Shown in pieces: positions 30,285 to 40,789 of a DNA stretch of 57,234 nucleotides. The notes under the pieces were generated by a model. It was not told the DNA's origin. It ran no database searches and saw nothing but the letters and a program-made list of their open reading frames with translations. Position 1 is the first letter of the stretch; the number at the start of each line of letters is the position of its first letter. This DNA is from a virus (Duplodnaviria > Caudoviricetes): the IMG/VR virus record IMGVR_UViG_3300016484_000638, positions 1 through 57,234 of that record. The stretch is one strand, 5' to 3'. The position numbers were made by a program, and so were the translations under genes.

Positions 30285-30828
30285 TTTTCTTAATTTTTTC
30301 TAAATATAATCTAGATGTTCTTAAATCTGTAACTGAATCAGTTAACAATATTTCTTCATCATCATAGTATAATTCACAATATAACGATGAAACTAAAGGA
30401 TTGTCAACATTATATATAATATCTTTTCTAATTAATTTAAGTTTATTAATGTCAAATGGTTCATTAACTATTAATAACATATCACAAATAACCCCTTCCT
30501 GGTGTTGTACTGTTGTTATAACAACATCATCTGTTTTTGGGTAAGGTATTATTTTATTAAGGATTAGATTTTCATTAACAACCTCAAGTGTTGTTATTTC
30601 AGAATCTAAAATAACTTCTTCATCTATTTCTATTTTAATATTCCCGTTGACGATACCATAGTCTTCAGATAATATTTTAATATCACTCTTTTCTTTTAAT
30701 TTTTTAATTAAATTTTTATGCCATACATTGTCTACATTTTTTTTGAATTTTTTATAATTAGTTTCGTTTATGGTGCCCCTGGCTATTTCGCAACCATAAC
30801 CAAACATGGTGATTTTCACAATATCCAT
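30262..30828 (-). CDS. Hypothetical protein
   Basis: ORF. Confidence 0.65.
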   Translation of the reverse strand: MDIVKITMFGYGCEIARGTINETNYKKFKKNVDNVWHKNLIKKLKEKSDIKILSEDYGIVNGNIKIEIDEEVILDSEITTLEVVNENLILNKIIPYPKTDDVVITTVQHQEGVICDMLLIVNEPFDINKLKLIRKDIIYNVDNPLVSSLYCELYYDDEEILLTDSVTDLRTSRLYLEKIKKNGENTDR

Positions 30829-30980
30829 GATAGTTTTTTTTAATGAAAAAGTTAATTGGGAATTCTATGTCATAAAAAATGTTTTTCATTTATTGACTTT
30901 TTATTATAAATATCGTCATATCTTAATACCATTTAAGAAAAAATGTTATCTTTGTGTATAATTAATTAAAAACAAACAAT

Positions 30981-31904
30981 ATGAACAAAATTATCAGTTT
31001 TTTATTTTCCATGTTTATTATCCTTTCTTTTAACTCTTGCCAAAAAGAAGTTATTGAAAAACCTAATAACACTGTAAACCCACCAACCAATACTGACTTA
31101 GTACCTTTATTAATAGATAAAGACTGGGTTTTAGAGTCTGGTAACTTCTATTACGAAGACCCTAAGATTTATTACACACACCCTAACGTTAGTTGCCTAA
31201 ATCCTTTCTATGGACCTGGGTGTGATTTTGATAACTTAAACATGAGCATTACTATTTGGAGATTTTCTATGACTCAATTCTTTTTAAATGGTGTAGAACA
31301 AACTGAACCAAACTTATATAATAATACTATCTCTGTTGGGGTTTATAATGGTTCTAATGTTGTTACAAGAATAATTGAGGTTATCTCTATTACTGATACT
31401 AGACTGGAGGTTAGGGTTGGTGAACTAGGTTTAGTTATTGGTAACCCTTATAGTGTTCTAGTTTTTAGAAAATCTGGAACTACTACTGGAACTTATATCC
31501 CTACAGTACCTTATGGGTATCAATACCAAGGTGATTTAAACACAAACACTGGTGGTAGTTTTACACAAACTAGTGATTTGTATGGTACTAAATGGGTTGT
31601 TACTAAAATTTATAACGGATTTGGTTACGACCGACCAAACGATACTCTAGAGTTTTTTAGTGATAATACTTACACTATTAATGGGGTTGGTAACGGTAGT
31701 TGTACTTTTAATATCACACAAATAGTAGGTAATACATCAATTAATTTAAACCTAAACAACTTTATAACTGTAGGTGGTAATAACTATAGTATTATGACTA
31801 GTAGTACTTTTGTGAGTGACGGTATAATTAATGGTTCACAATTTACTGACATACTAAACCAAAACACATCCAATAAATTAATATGGATGGAAAAACTACC
31901 ATAA
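30981..31904 (+). CDS. Lipoprotein with two lipocalin-like repeats
   Basis: Lipobox FNSC; 'LIDKDWVL' and 'LYGTKWVV'. Confidence 0.65.
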   Translation: MNKIISFLFSMFIILSFNSCQKEVIEKPNNTVNPPTNTDLVPLLIDKDWVLESGNFYYEDPKIYYTHPNVSCLNPFYGPGCDFDNLNMSITIWRFSMTQFFLNGVEQTEPNLYNNTISVGVYNGSNVVTRIIEVISITDTRLEVRVGELGLVIGNPYSVLVFRKSGTTTGTYIPTVPYGYQYQGDLNTNTGGSFTQTSDLYGTKWVVTKIYNGFGYDRPNDTLEFFSDNTYTINGVGNGSCTFNITQIVGNTSINLNLNNFITVGGNNYSIMTSSTFVSDGIINGSQFTDILNQNTSNKLIWMEKLP

Positions 31905-31917
31905 AAAAAGGGAGAAT

Positions 31918-32103
31918 TTAATTATTCTCCCTTTTCTTTTTTTCTTTGTAAATACCTTTACTCTTATCTTCCCTTTTTTGTACAGAACCTTTTTTAAATT
32001 CTTTCCTTTCGTTTAGTTCAGACATTTGTCTTGTCTTGATGATCTTAGAACGATATGTTTTTATCGCCTCTTCTAATTTACCATTAACTTTTACCACTAA
32101 CAT
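31918..32103 (-). CDS. rpsU: Phage-encoded ribosomal protein bS21 homolog
   Basis: MLVVKV...LEEAIKTYRSK..KT..MSELNERKEFKKGSVQKRE, Bacteroidota bS21 pattern. Confidence 0.8.
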   Translation of the reverse strand: MLVVKVNGKLEEAIKTYRSKIIKTRQMSELNERKEFKKGSVQKREDKSKGIYKEKKKRENN

Positions 32104-32204
32104 ATAGTAATATATATCAATATAATTCAATAAAGTCAATTAAATTGTTTACGTTTTTTTATAGTTTTTTTTGTATTTATATTTATAATTTATGAAAAAA
32201 TTTT

Positions 32205-32969
32205 ATGGAAAATAAAACAGGAATATACAAAATTAAAAATATATTAACAGGAAAAGTTTATGTGGGTTCCTCTATTAATATTCATGATAGAATTTTAGAT
32301 CATAAACAAATGCTTAAAAAAGACAAACACCATTCACCTAAACTTCAAAATTCAGTCAACAAATATGGTATTGAGAATTTTTTATTTGAGATGATTGAAG
32401 AGTGTTCTAAAGAATTTTTGGTGGAGAGAGAACAATACTGGATTGACACATTTAGTGGGTATACAAAAGGATATAATTCAAGACCTAAGGCAAGTAATAA
32501 CTTAGGTTTTAAATTTTCAGAAGAAAGTAAAGAAAGGATTAGAAAATCACAAAAAGGTTTACAAGCCGGAAATAAACACCCTTTATATGGTAAAAAACAT
32601 TCAGAAGAATCTAAACAAAAAATGCGTTTATCTAAGTTAGGTAAAAAATTAAGTGAAGAAACAAAAAATAAAATGTCAGAAATACGTAAAGGTAGAAAAT
32701 CACCTATGAAAGGTAAAAAACATTCAGAAGAATCTAAAAAAAAGATATCTGAAAAAGGTAAAAATCTTAGGTGTGGTATTAATAATAGGATGTCTAAACT
32801 TAATGATGAGATAGTTTGTGAAATACGTAAATTTTGGGATGAATTAAAACCAGAAAAAAATAATGTAACTTATAAAACAATTTTATTATTTTGTGAAAAA
32901 TATGGTGTAACATATTCAACTATGTATAATATAGTTAAGAAAAAATCTTGGTTACATATTTGTCTGTAA
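32205..32969 (+). mobile_element. GIY-YIG homing endonuclease with NUMOD3 repeats
   Basis: GIYKIKN..VYVGSS; GKKHSEESK repeats. Confidence 0.9.
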
Positions 32970-32986
32970 ATTATTTTTAGTAAATA

Positions 32987-34336
32987 TTAACGTGTCATTG
33001 GGGTATTTTTCTCAGGGTCATAAAAAACTAATTTTTTTGAACTTATCTTACCATTAATTTTTTGTATCTTACTTTCGATAGTAGCCTTATTTAAACGTAA
33101 AGCTTGTCTTTTACCTATAAGTTTTTGATAAATTTCGTGAGCTTTATCTCTTTGTTGATCTACCCATTCAGCATATTCAGGTTCATCTTCATCGTCTAAA
33201 CGGTCCCTAAAAGCAGATAATCTAGATATAACATTTTCTATTCTATCTATTTTATAGTAGTAGGCATTATCTTTTGTAATAAGGTCATTTAATTGTTGTT
33301 CTAGTGTTCTTAATTCAGTACTATACTTGGAAACGTCACCTAATGAATCATAATATTCACCCATGGCCTTTTTTGTGTACTCCTGCATTACATTCTTAAT
33401 CTTTGTTAAAGCTTCAGTACCTTTTTTTGTTTGACCTCTACCAGGTCCACCTAAAAACTTTAAGATTGTTTTTTCAGGTTTTTTATCATCAGCAACATTC
33501 CAGTAATCAATTTGAGCTTGGTCGGAATTAGCCCCATTAATAAATTCTTCTCTTGTTCTAGATTTAGCTAGTTCAAAAGCTTGTCTACCAGCATTATCAA
33601 AACGACCTTTAAAAGGACGATAATGCATCGCTATTTTATAATAGTTAGGTGTGTCCATACTATTAGTTGGTTCAAGTTTTCTTTTATCAATTAAAAAGAA
33701 TATTGGTCCCTGGGTAAAATAATTTTCATAATATCCACTATAACCTCTCATAGTTACACACCATCTTGTATTAGAACCGTATCTACATGAAGCCTTATGA
33801 GTTTTAGGCATTAAAATAAGGAAATCCTCATCTTCATATACCTTATCAACACCAGTATTTTTTTGTTCTTTTCTAGAAAGTTTTAATTTGGCTTCATTTG
33901 TTGCATCAGAAAGATCTTTTAAACTTGTATATTGATTAATATCTTTTCTTTCGTATTTAGTAGGGTTCTGATGGAAATATTCAATATCATCAGCTAAGTT
34001 CAATAATGATGTATTATCTACAGAAGATATATTATTCCTAAGAGCGTTGTTTTGTTCCCACCTAGGGTCTTCAGCCGTATCAGGAACGTCATCTAATGTC
34101 CAAGAATACCAACCTCTACTGGCATTATCTTTAAACCATTTTATTGTTTTAGGGTAAATATTTTTAGTCATCCAATCCAAATACTTAAGGTTAGTAGATG
34201 GGTCTTTTGAGGCAATTGAATCTATTGCGTCCCAAGAGGTTACGGGGTATTTAGCTTTAATATCCTCAAGTCTGCCTTCTAAGAGTAGGTTTTCTACTCT
34301 TTCTAATACTAATTTTGTTATGTTTTTTGTTTGCAT
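32987..34336 (-). CDS. YGxxTKWC-family protein (paralog 3)
   Basis: LLLEGRLE tag; DPSTNLKYL; DINQY; YGSNTRWCV; coiled-coil tail. Confidence 0.75.
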   Translation of the reverse strand: MQTKNITKLVLERVENLLLEGRLEDIKAKYPVTSWDAIDSIASKDPSTNLKYLDWMTKNIYPKTIKWFKDNASRGWYSWTLDDVPDTAEDPRWEQNNALRNNISSVDNTSLLNLADDIEYFHQNPTKYERKDINQYTSLKDLSDATNEAKLKLSRKEQKNTGVDKVYEDEDFLILMPKTHKASCRYGSNTRWCVTMRGYSGYYENYFTQGPIFFLIDKRKLEPTNSMDTPNYYKIAMHYRPFKGRFDNAGRQAFELAKSRTREEFINGANSDQAQIDYWNVADDKKPEKTILKFLGGPGRGQTKKGTEALTKIKNVMQEYTKKAMGEYYDSLGDVSKYSTELRTLEQQLNDLITKDNAYYYKIDRIENVISRLSAFRDRLDDEDEPEYAEWVDQQRDKAHEIYQKLIGKRQALRLNKATIESKIQKINGKISSKKLVFYDPEKNTPMTR

Positions 34337-34396
34337 ATATAATAAATATTATCTAAGCATATAAATATTAAAAAAGGGAGTAAAAACTCCCCACTT

Positions 34397-35893
34397 TTAA
34401 TATTCTTTTTTTATTTTAAACTTTGGAAAGAAGTTACAATCTTTTATCCATATGTTATTTAAGGATTTTTTTAAGGCTGCTAGTTTTAATTCTTTTGAGA
34501 AAGTATTAAAATTTTTCCTATCTATTTTATTAAATCTCCTAATACACTTAACAAGTGTGTTAACATCTAATTGTTCTTCTTTTTTATTATAAAACATCCT
34601 AGTAACTTCAATTAGTATCTCTAGATGATCTCTAACATTATCTACAAAAAAAGAATTTAATTCTAGTGAATGACTTTCTAACTGAAAAGATTCAATCTTC
34701 TCTAAATCATCACAAGAAAACTCCTTATCTAGGTAACCTGGTATTAAACCTATAGCCTCAAAAAAATTAAATTTTTTAAGGAAAACCATGGAACTCATAC
34801 TAATGTTAACGTCACCAGAAAAAATAGATTCATTATAGAAATCAAAGTTTCCTGAATATTGTATACCTAATTCACTGATAGACCGTTCAATATTTTTTTG
34901 TTTAAACTTATTTAAGAATTCTGTAATAATCACTTTTTTTTCTGGATTTTTATCTCTAACCATTATATTCCATAAAACCATGAGACCAGCCTTACTGAAA
35001 TAATTTCTAGAAACAACAAAAGCGAAATCCTCAATTCTAAATTTTTTTGGTTGATATGTATAAATATTTTTATTAATCCCTCCGACATCAAATAATAATT
35101 GTGTTAATGATTTATCATTCTTTTGTGTCGCAATCTCAAAATGTTCTGTAACAATTTCTAGATTATTATTAATTTTTTCATACCACTCATCACCAAATCT
35201 TCTATCAAACATATCACCACAAATAAAGGCATGTTTTAATAGTTTAATCTCATTTTCCAAGTCACATTCACAATTAAGGTCTTTGATTTTATTGTGTAGT
35301 CTAATGAAAGTTTTAATAGGTGTATGTAGTGTTGTAATTTCTATTTTATTTTTTAATAAAAAATAAATAAAGTTCTCTGTGTAAACAATTTTATTATTAA
35401 CCCTATCTATACCGGCAGAACAACAATTAATATCAAATTGATTTAAAACTTCATTATAATAATTTATAGGATTAAAATCGGTAATATAACCAAGTCTATT
35501 ATTAGAAACTTTAATAGATACTTTATTCACTATACCAAACCTCTGACTATCGTACATAGAAATTCTTTCGCCTTGTGGTCCCAAGTAGGTGCTTCCATAA
35601 CTATCTTGATTAATACCCACCCCAGTAAACTCATCAATAAAACTATTCTCATTAAACTGGAGGAACCATAGATCTGAAATATTATATATACAAAAAACAT
35701 CGATGTCGTTTATAACTGGTTTTGTGGTATTATTTAAAATATGATGTATGGTATTAGCGACTGACCCACCAGCAATAAACCCACCTAAGGGTTGGTGACT
35801 TAATTCGTCACCACCCTTATCCTGGATAATTTCTAGAACTTTATTGTAGGTCTCCTTACTATCAAGAAACTCTATTATCTCAGTTCTAGTCAT
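34397..35893 (-). CDS. Nucleotidyltransferase-superfamily-like protein
   Basis: IAGGSV...INDIDVF...FDINCC. Confidence 0.6.
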   Translation of the reverse strand: MTRTEIIEFLDSKETYNKVLEIIQDKGGDELSHQPLGGFIAGGSVANTIHHILNNTTKPVINDIDVFCIYNISDLWFLQFNENSFIDEFTGVGINQDSYGSTYLGPQGERISMYDSQRFGIVNKVSIKVSNNRLGYITDFNPINYYNEVLNQFDINCCSAGIDRVNNKIVYTENFIYFLLKNKIEITTLHTPIKTFIRLHNKIKDLNCECDLENEIKLLKHAFICGDMFDRRFGDEWYEKINNNLEIVTEHFEIATQKNDKSLTQLLFDVGGINKNIYTYQPKKFRIEDFAFVVSRNYFSKAGLMVLWNIMVRDKNPEKKVIITEFLNKFKQKNIERSISELGIQYSGNFDFYNESIFSGDVNISMSSMVFLKKFNFFEAIGLIPGYLDKEFSCDDLEKIESFQLESHSLELNSFFVDNVRDHLEILIEVTRMFYNKKEEQLDVNTLVKCIRRFNKIDRKNFNTFSKELKLAALKKSLNNIWIKDCNFFPKFKIKKEY

Positions 35894-35895
35894 TA

Positions 35896-36150
35896 TTACT
35901 TAATATTATAAATTTCACGAAATTTATCACCCAAAAGGTCTTTAGCCTTACTCACAGCTAAGTCTTTTGTTTTAAAACCTTTTTCCACAACTTTTTTAGC
36001 GTGAACAACTAAATACTCTGTTGAAGCCACGGCCGGTTTATCATACTTGTGTTTTGAGTCACGTTTAGGTCTATGTACGTCTTTTGCATAGATATCATAA
36101 AAACCTACTTTTGTGATGTAACGACCTTTGTTTCCTGATTTTGTTGCCAT
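35896..36150 (-). CDS. Hypothetical protein
   Basis: ORF. Confidence 0.65.
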   Translation of the reverse strand: MATKSGNKGRYITKVGFYDIYAKDVHRPKRDSKHKYDKPAVASTEYLVVHAKKVVEKGFKTKDLAVSKAKDLLGDKFREIYNIK

Positions 36151-36236
36151 TTTTCTTTTTATATTAAATGATTAAATAATTATTTGTACAAATATAGTAA
36201 TTTATTTTTAATTATGGGAATAAATTATTTTTTTTT

Positions 36237-37064
36237 TTATTTAATAATTCCCATTTCTTTCATTATGGAAATTAAAGCTTCATTAACTTCTTCATTAGTA
36301 AAATCAACAGACTTTAACATTTGTACCGCGTGATTAATACTTTTTTTAGAATCTGCCATAAATTTTACTCTTAATTTTAATTTAAGTTGATTAACAAAGT
36401 CTAACTTAACTTTTTCCGCTACTAAGTTAAAATTTTCACCGTAGATAAGTTTTATTTGGCCTAAACTTAAACCACAATCTTCATTGTTATAAAAGGTAAA
36501 ACCAGTAACGCTCACACCTAAACCTTTACTATAAGAAATAGGTAGACCAAACTTTCTATTAATTCTTTTATCTACAATGTAATATAACAAACCATCTCTC
36601 ATGTAGTTATCGTAGTATGTCTTTTGAGTTGTACACCATTTAGTACCCATACCATATAACCTAGAAGAATCAAAACTAAGTGGGATAAGAATTTTCCAAT
36701 TATCATCCTCAAAAACAACTCTTACATCGTTCTTAACTTCAGACCTAGAAGGTGTCATTAATTCTTGAGCCTTTTCCAAAAATTCGGTAACTGTTTTAAA
36801 TTTATTTATATCTCTAAAATCAGTTGGAATTTTACCATTTAAGTTTCTCTCAAACCAAATCAAAGTTTCTTTAACTGTAGTCTCTAATGATGCTGGAAAA
36901 TCAGCGTTAAGTCTATACTTACCATTAGTAAGACTAACATATCTAACTTTGAATAACCATTCAACATACTTTTGATTAGTAGTTGGGTCCATTCTACCTA
37001 TTAATAAAGCAGACCTTTCAGATACACCGTATTTAGTTTTTAATTCCTCCAATTTCCTAGACAT
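36237..37064 (-). CDS. YGxxTKWC-family protein (paralog 4)
   Basis: DPTTNQKYV; DINKF; YGMGTKWCT. Confidence 0.75.
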   Translation of the reverse strand: MSRKLEELKTKYGVSERSALLIGRMDPTTNQKYVEWLFKVRYVSLTNGKYRLNADFPASLETTVKETLIWFERNLNGKIPTDFRDINKFKTVTEFLEKAQELMTPSRSEVKNDVRVVFEDDNWKILIPLSFDSSRLYGMGTKWCTTQKTYYDNYMRDGLLYYIVDKRINRKFGLPISYSKGLGVSVTGFTFYNNEDCGLSLGQIKLIYGENFNLVAEKVKLDFVNQLKLKLRVKFMADSKKSINHAVQMLKSVDFTNEEVNEALISIMKEMGIIK

Positions 37065-37129
37065 GACCTTTGATTTTAAATTATGATACAAATATAGGTA
37101 TAATTTTTATTATAAACAAAAAAAAGTGA

Positions 37130-37603
37130 CTATCTAGTCACTTTCTTATATTTCTTACCACCACAAACAGGTCCAATACCAGATTTAATTGACTCAGGTG
37201 TTGTTAGTGTTTTATAACAATGTCCACAACGACCATGGTGGTAAACTTCTACTTGTGGAAATTTATTTTGTTCGTGAAAATATTTATCCAGGAACCAATC
37301 AAACGTTTTAACTTTTTGATTATCAAGACCTAAATCAGAATTAGTGCTATGTTTGAATTTTTTATCTTCAAAACAAGTTCCGATAAAGGTATAATCATGC
37401 ACATTAAGTACTTGTACAAACCAGATATCATCCTCTTTATGTTTTTTAACACGGTAAGTAAAATAGTTACCACTGTCTTTATTTAGAATAGTAAAAAGAG
37501 CGTTTCCAGCAAAAACAAATTCACGTAATGTTTTACCATTTAAAATATGTTCTGGTGTAAACTGTAAGGGTTTTAGTTGATTTGGTATTTTTACAAAGTC
37601 CAT
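37130..37603 (-). CDS. DUF6011-type zinc-ribbon protein
   Basis: GRCGHCYKTLTTPESIKSGIGPVC. Confidence 0.75.
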   Translation of the reverse strand: MDFVKIPNQLKPLQFTPEHILNGKTLREFVFAGNALFTILNKDSGNYFTYRVKKHKEDDIWFVQVLNVHDYTFIGTCFEDKKFKHSTNSDLGLDNQKVKTFDWFLDKYFHEQNKFPQVEVYHHGRCGHCYKTLTTPESIKSGIGPVCGGKKYKKVTR

Positions 37604-37648
37604 ATATTTTATTTTTACAAATATAATAAATTTTTGTATATTTGTACT

Positions 37649-37963
37649 ATGAAATTAATAAAAAATATTTTTAAAAATAATAAACACCTAATGAATGAAC
37701 CTGAAGTTCAGGAATTGATTGATTATTGTCAAGAGCTTGAGGGTCAGGTAATTTCTAGAAATATTGATGATGTTTATGATAAAGAATTAATTTATCTAGA
37801 AATGATTCGTGATATCTATAATAGTTGTAATGATATAGGGGAACAAGAAATGTTAAATGAAAGATACCCTAATGAATTCCCTCAAGTTGATTACAAAGAA
37901 ATGGTTGTAAATTTAAAAATCTATATAGAAAAAATGGCTCGTGAGAATAAATTACTTATATAA
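37649..37963 (+). CDS. Hypothetical protein
   Basis: ATG after TATATTTG box. Confidence 0.65.
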   Translation: MKLIKNIFKNNKHLMNEPEVQELIDYCQELEGQVISRNIDDVYDKELIYLEMIRDIYNSCNDIGEQEMLNERYPNEFPQVDYKEMVVNLKIYIEKMARENKLLI

Positions 37964-38374
37964 CCTGCTAGGCATAAATTTATCCATAAACTCCTCGTAC
38001 CAAAAACAACCCTCTTCTTTACTCATTTCAATTAATTCTTCATCACTTACTGTAGGACCAACAAAATATTTACCATATTTAACAAAAAGACCCGTAGCTT
38101 CTGGTTGTTTTTTTATTTCTATATAAGAAAGATATCTTTCAAAAACAAGATTTTCAGGCATATAATCCCTGTCCTCCAGATAATAGGTTACATTTTTAAA
38201 TTTTTCATTTGCCGTTTGTATTGTTGGGTTAAATAATATTCTTTTAACTTCTCGTAATGATTTTATGTATCTTTTATTTTGTGAAATTAAATCCAAATGA
38301 AAATCATGTTGTTTAATCCAATCCAATGAATCATCAATCTCTTCTTTAATTATTTTTCTTAAAAATTTATCCAT
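37952..38374 (-). CDS. ILKE/DW-tag protein
   Basis: MDKFLRKIIKEEIDDSLDW. Confidence 0.7.
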   Translation of the reverse strand: MDKFLRKIIKEEIDDSLDWIKQHDFHLDLISQNKRYIKSLREVKRILFNPTIQTANEKFKNVTYYLEDRDYMPENLVFERYLSYIEIKKQPEATGLFVKYGKYFVGPTVSDEELIEMSKEEGCFWYEEFMDKFMPSRLYK

Positions 38375-38378
38375 AATA

Positions 38379-38915
38379 CTATACAAAAATTATAACCTGT
38401 TTTTGGAATATTTCACGTAAAAACTTTTCTTGATCCTCAATTCCGTCATAAGAATCACCAAAAAAAATTAGAGCAAAAAATCTACCATCACTTTTTCTTT
38501 TCCAAATTATTCTATCACTATAACTTTGACTATCTAAATCCCAGTTAATAGTTTCTCGTGTAATAAATTCCCATTTGGAACAGTCACTTGAAAGTGGATC
38601 TATTATTTCATAATAAGCAAGACTTGGTTCGTTATCCCACTCACCATTTTCTTTCCAATCACCATTTCTCCATCGATCTAAACCAAAGTCATCCCACTCT
38701 TCTGACGTATATCTTTCTTCATACTCACTAGTTGGGGTATAGATATTTTCTGAAAATAAAAAATCTATCAGGTTAACGTCTTCCAACATATAATCAGACA
38801 CTAAATCTGTAAATGGTATTTTAACCCTCTCCTTCCAAGCAGGTACCTCATCAGAGACATCTTTAATCCAATCTAAATCAGATTCTTTTAATATTTTTTT
38901 AATTATATTTTTCAT
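38379..38915 (-). CDS. ILKE/DW-tag protein
   Basis: MKNIIKKILKESDLDW. Confidence 0.7.
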   Translation of the reverse strand: MKNIIKKILKESDLDWIKDVSDEVPAWKERVKIPFTDLVSDYMLEDVNLIDFLFSENIYTPTSEYEERYTSEEWDDFGLDRWRNGDWKENGEWDNEPSLAYYEIIDPLSSDCSKWEFITRETINWDLDSQSYSDRIIWKRKSDGRFFALIFFGDSYDGIEDQEKFLREIFQKQVIIFV

Positions 38916-39238
38916 TCCGCAACTTCTAAATCATAAAGTGTTAATCCTAAATCCTTTAATCTAGTTTCAATATATAATGGGGTATAAGAATGATACTGAC
39001 CACCTAACTTACCAAAAACTAAAAGACCCCTACCATCCTCATAGGTCTGTCCCATACCGGCACTACTATAAAATTTAAAAATAACATAACCTGATGGATT
39101 ATTTTTATGTAAAACATCCATCTTGTATTCTTTACCAGGTATAAAAAAATCTATGGTATAGTTTGGTTCGGTGTCTCTAATCCAATCCAGGTCATCCTCA
39201 AATGATTCTTTTAATATTTTTCTAATAATATTTTTCAT
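38912..39238 (-). CDS. ILKE/DW-tag protein
   Basis: MKNIIRKILKESFEDDLDW. Confidence 0.7.
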   Translation of the reverse strand: MKNIIRKILKESFEDDLDWIRDTEPNYTIDFFIPGKEYKMDVLHKNNPSGYVIFKFYSSAGMGQTYEDGRGLLVFGKLGGQYHSYTPLYIETRLKDLGLTLYDLEVAE

Positions 39239-39264
39239 TCTTATTATAAATATATGATAAGCAT

Positions 39265-39395
39265 AAAAAACCCCCATGATTAAGTACTATTATCAAGGGG
39301 GTTGTAGCTACTAGTTGTGAAAAGTGGATGTAACTAATTCCACCATTATCTTCTACCCATTTTAGTTACCCTGGGGAGACCATTTAATCAATCAA
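39265..39395 (-). ncRNA. Putative small RNA
   Basis: TATATTTG promoter, GC-richer non-coding stretch, terminator ACCCCC..GGGGGT-TTTTT. Confidence 0.4.
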
Positions 39396-39443
39396 CAGTA
39401 CAAATATAATATTTTTTTTTAACTAATCAAGATTATTTTTTTC

Positions 39444-40601
39444 TTATATATATTCTTCTAAATATTCTTCACATAATCTATCAGCTTCGTTGTAATAAAT
39501 ATCTAAAACACTCATACCCACTACTTCATCTAGTATTTCATGGAATTCCTCGTCATACTTCTTAACTATTTTTTTATTTAAAATATCTGATACTTCTAAA
39601 GGTCTACCAAACACTTCCTCTATTTGTTCTTCATAAGGTAGTTGGTTATTAAACCCATAAGATACTCTTAATATTAACATAACCGTATACCTTAAATCTT
39701 CTAATAATAGGTCATAATCAATATTAATCTTCTCAATAATCGGTAAATTTTCTAAATCTGTTAATAATCTATCAAACAACTCATCCTCGTCCACACCATG
39801 GTCAAATAATTCCTCCATACTGATACTAGGTGTGGCAAACAAATTGTCCATAACCTCAGTATTTAACATCTGACTTGAATAACTTTCAATAAATTCGTTG
39901 ATGTCTAATAAAGTTTTAAATTCTTGAATAACTTCATCTTCATTGTTATTTAACCAATTATAAATATAGCTGCCATTAAGTTTTTCTAGTGGTACTGTCA
40001 CTCCTCTTGAATCGTGATACTCTATTAATTTTTCAATAATTTGTTCGTATTTTGGGTGTTGTTTTGGGTAAGATGTTTCAGGTAAATTTGTTCTACAATT
40101 ATTGACAGCATTACACCAATCCATCTCACCACCTATTTTAATGTGATGAGAAAATTTATGGTTTGGGTCGTCCTGTGGTTTGTTTTTAAAAATCCAAAAG
40201 AATTCTGTACCCGTACTGTTATGTCTCTCCCAATAACTGTTAGTATCTCTTGCTGTAGTACACCACTTAGAACCAGCACCATATTTACAAGAAGATTCCC
40301 ATGTATTAGCAGCAATAACTAATAAATCTTTATCTTCATAAAACTTAGTAATATCATCAGTAACTTTACTAGCTTTAATCATATTTAAATCCTTTAATAA
40401 CTCTTCGTAAGAATTATATTTAGCAAAGTCTTTTTTTGGCAAACTTCTCCTATTTGAAATAACATCATCCATTATTTTCATTGCAGCTTCTGGATTACCA
40501 CTCTTCTTATTAGCCCAAGCTTTATATAAGTTTTCCATGTGCTCAACACCTTCAAAAATTGAACGTCTAATCTCTTCTAAAATAATTTTTTTAATATTCA
40601 T
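39444..40601 (-). CDS. YGxxTKWC-family protein (paralog 5)
   Basis: IILEE tag; YGAGSKWCT. Confidence 0.75.
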   Translation of the reverse strand: MNIKKIILEEIRRSIFEGVEHMENLYKAWANKKSGNPEAAMKIMDDVISNRRSLPKKDFAKYNSYEELLKDLNMIKASKVTDDITKFYEDKDLLVIAANTWESSCKYGAGSKWCTTARDTNSYWERHNSTGTEFFWIFKNKPQDDPNHKFSHHIKIGGEMDWCNAVNNCRTNLPETSYPKQHPKYEQIIEKLIEYHDSRGVTVPLEKLNGSYIYNWLNNNEDEVIQEFKTLLDINEFIESYSSQMLNTEVMDNLFATPSISMEELFDHGVDEDELFDRLLTDLENLPIIEKINIDYDLLLEDLRYTVMLILRVSYGFNNQLPYEEQIEEVFGRPLEVSDILNKKIVKKYDEEFHEILDEVVGMSVLDIYYNEADRLCEEYLEEYI

Positions 40602-40639
40602 ATTAATAAATATATTCATATTAATAAATATATTGTATA

Positions 40640-40789
40640 AAAAAAAAGACCCACATTTCTGTGAGTCTCTTTAGGGCCGAATGGATATAATATCTTTCGG
40701 ATTCCACCACCTTGTTTTTCTAAACAAGGAAACAATTAGAGTGTAGTGAGGCTGCAGACCTATGTGGCACCTACACAAGTTATCCCACT
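40640..40789 (-). ncRNA. Putative structured RNA overlapping HEG 3' end
   Basis: Hairpins CTTGTTT/AAACAAG, CCGAA/TTCGG, terminator GACTCACA/TGTGGGTC. Confidence 0.5.
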
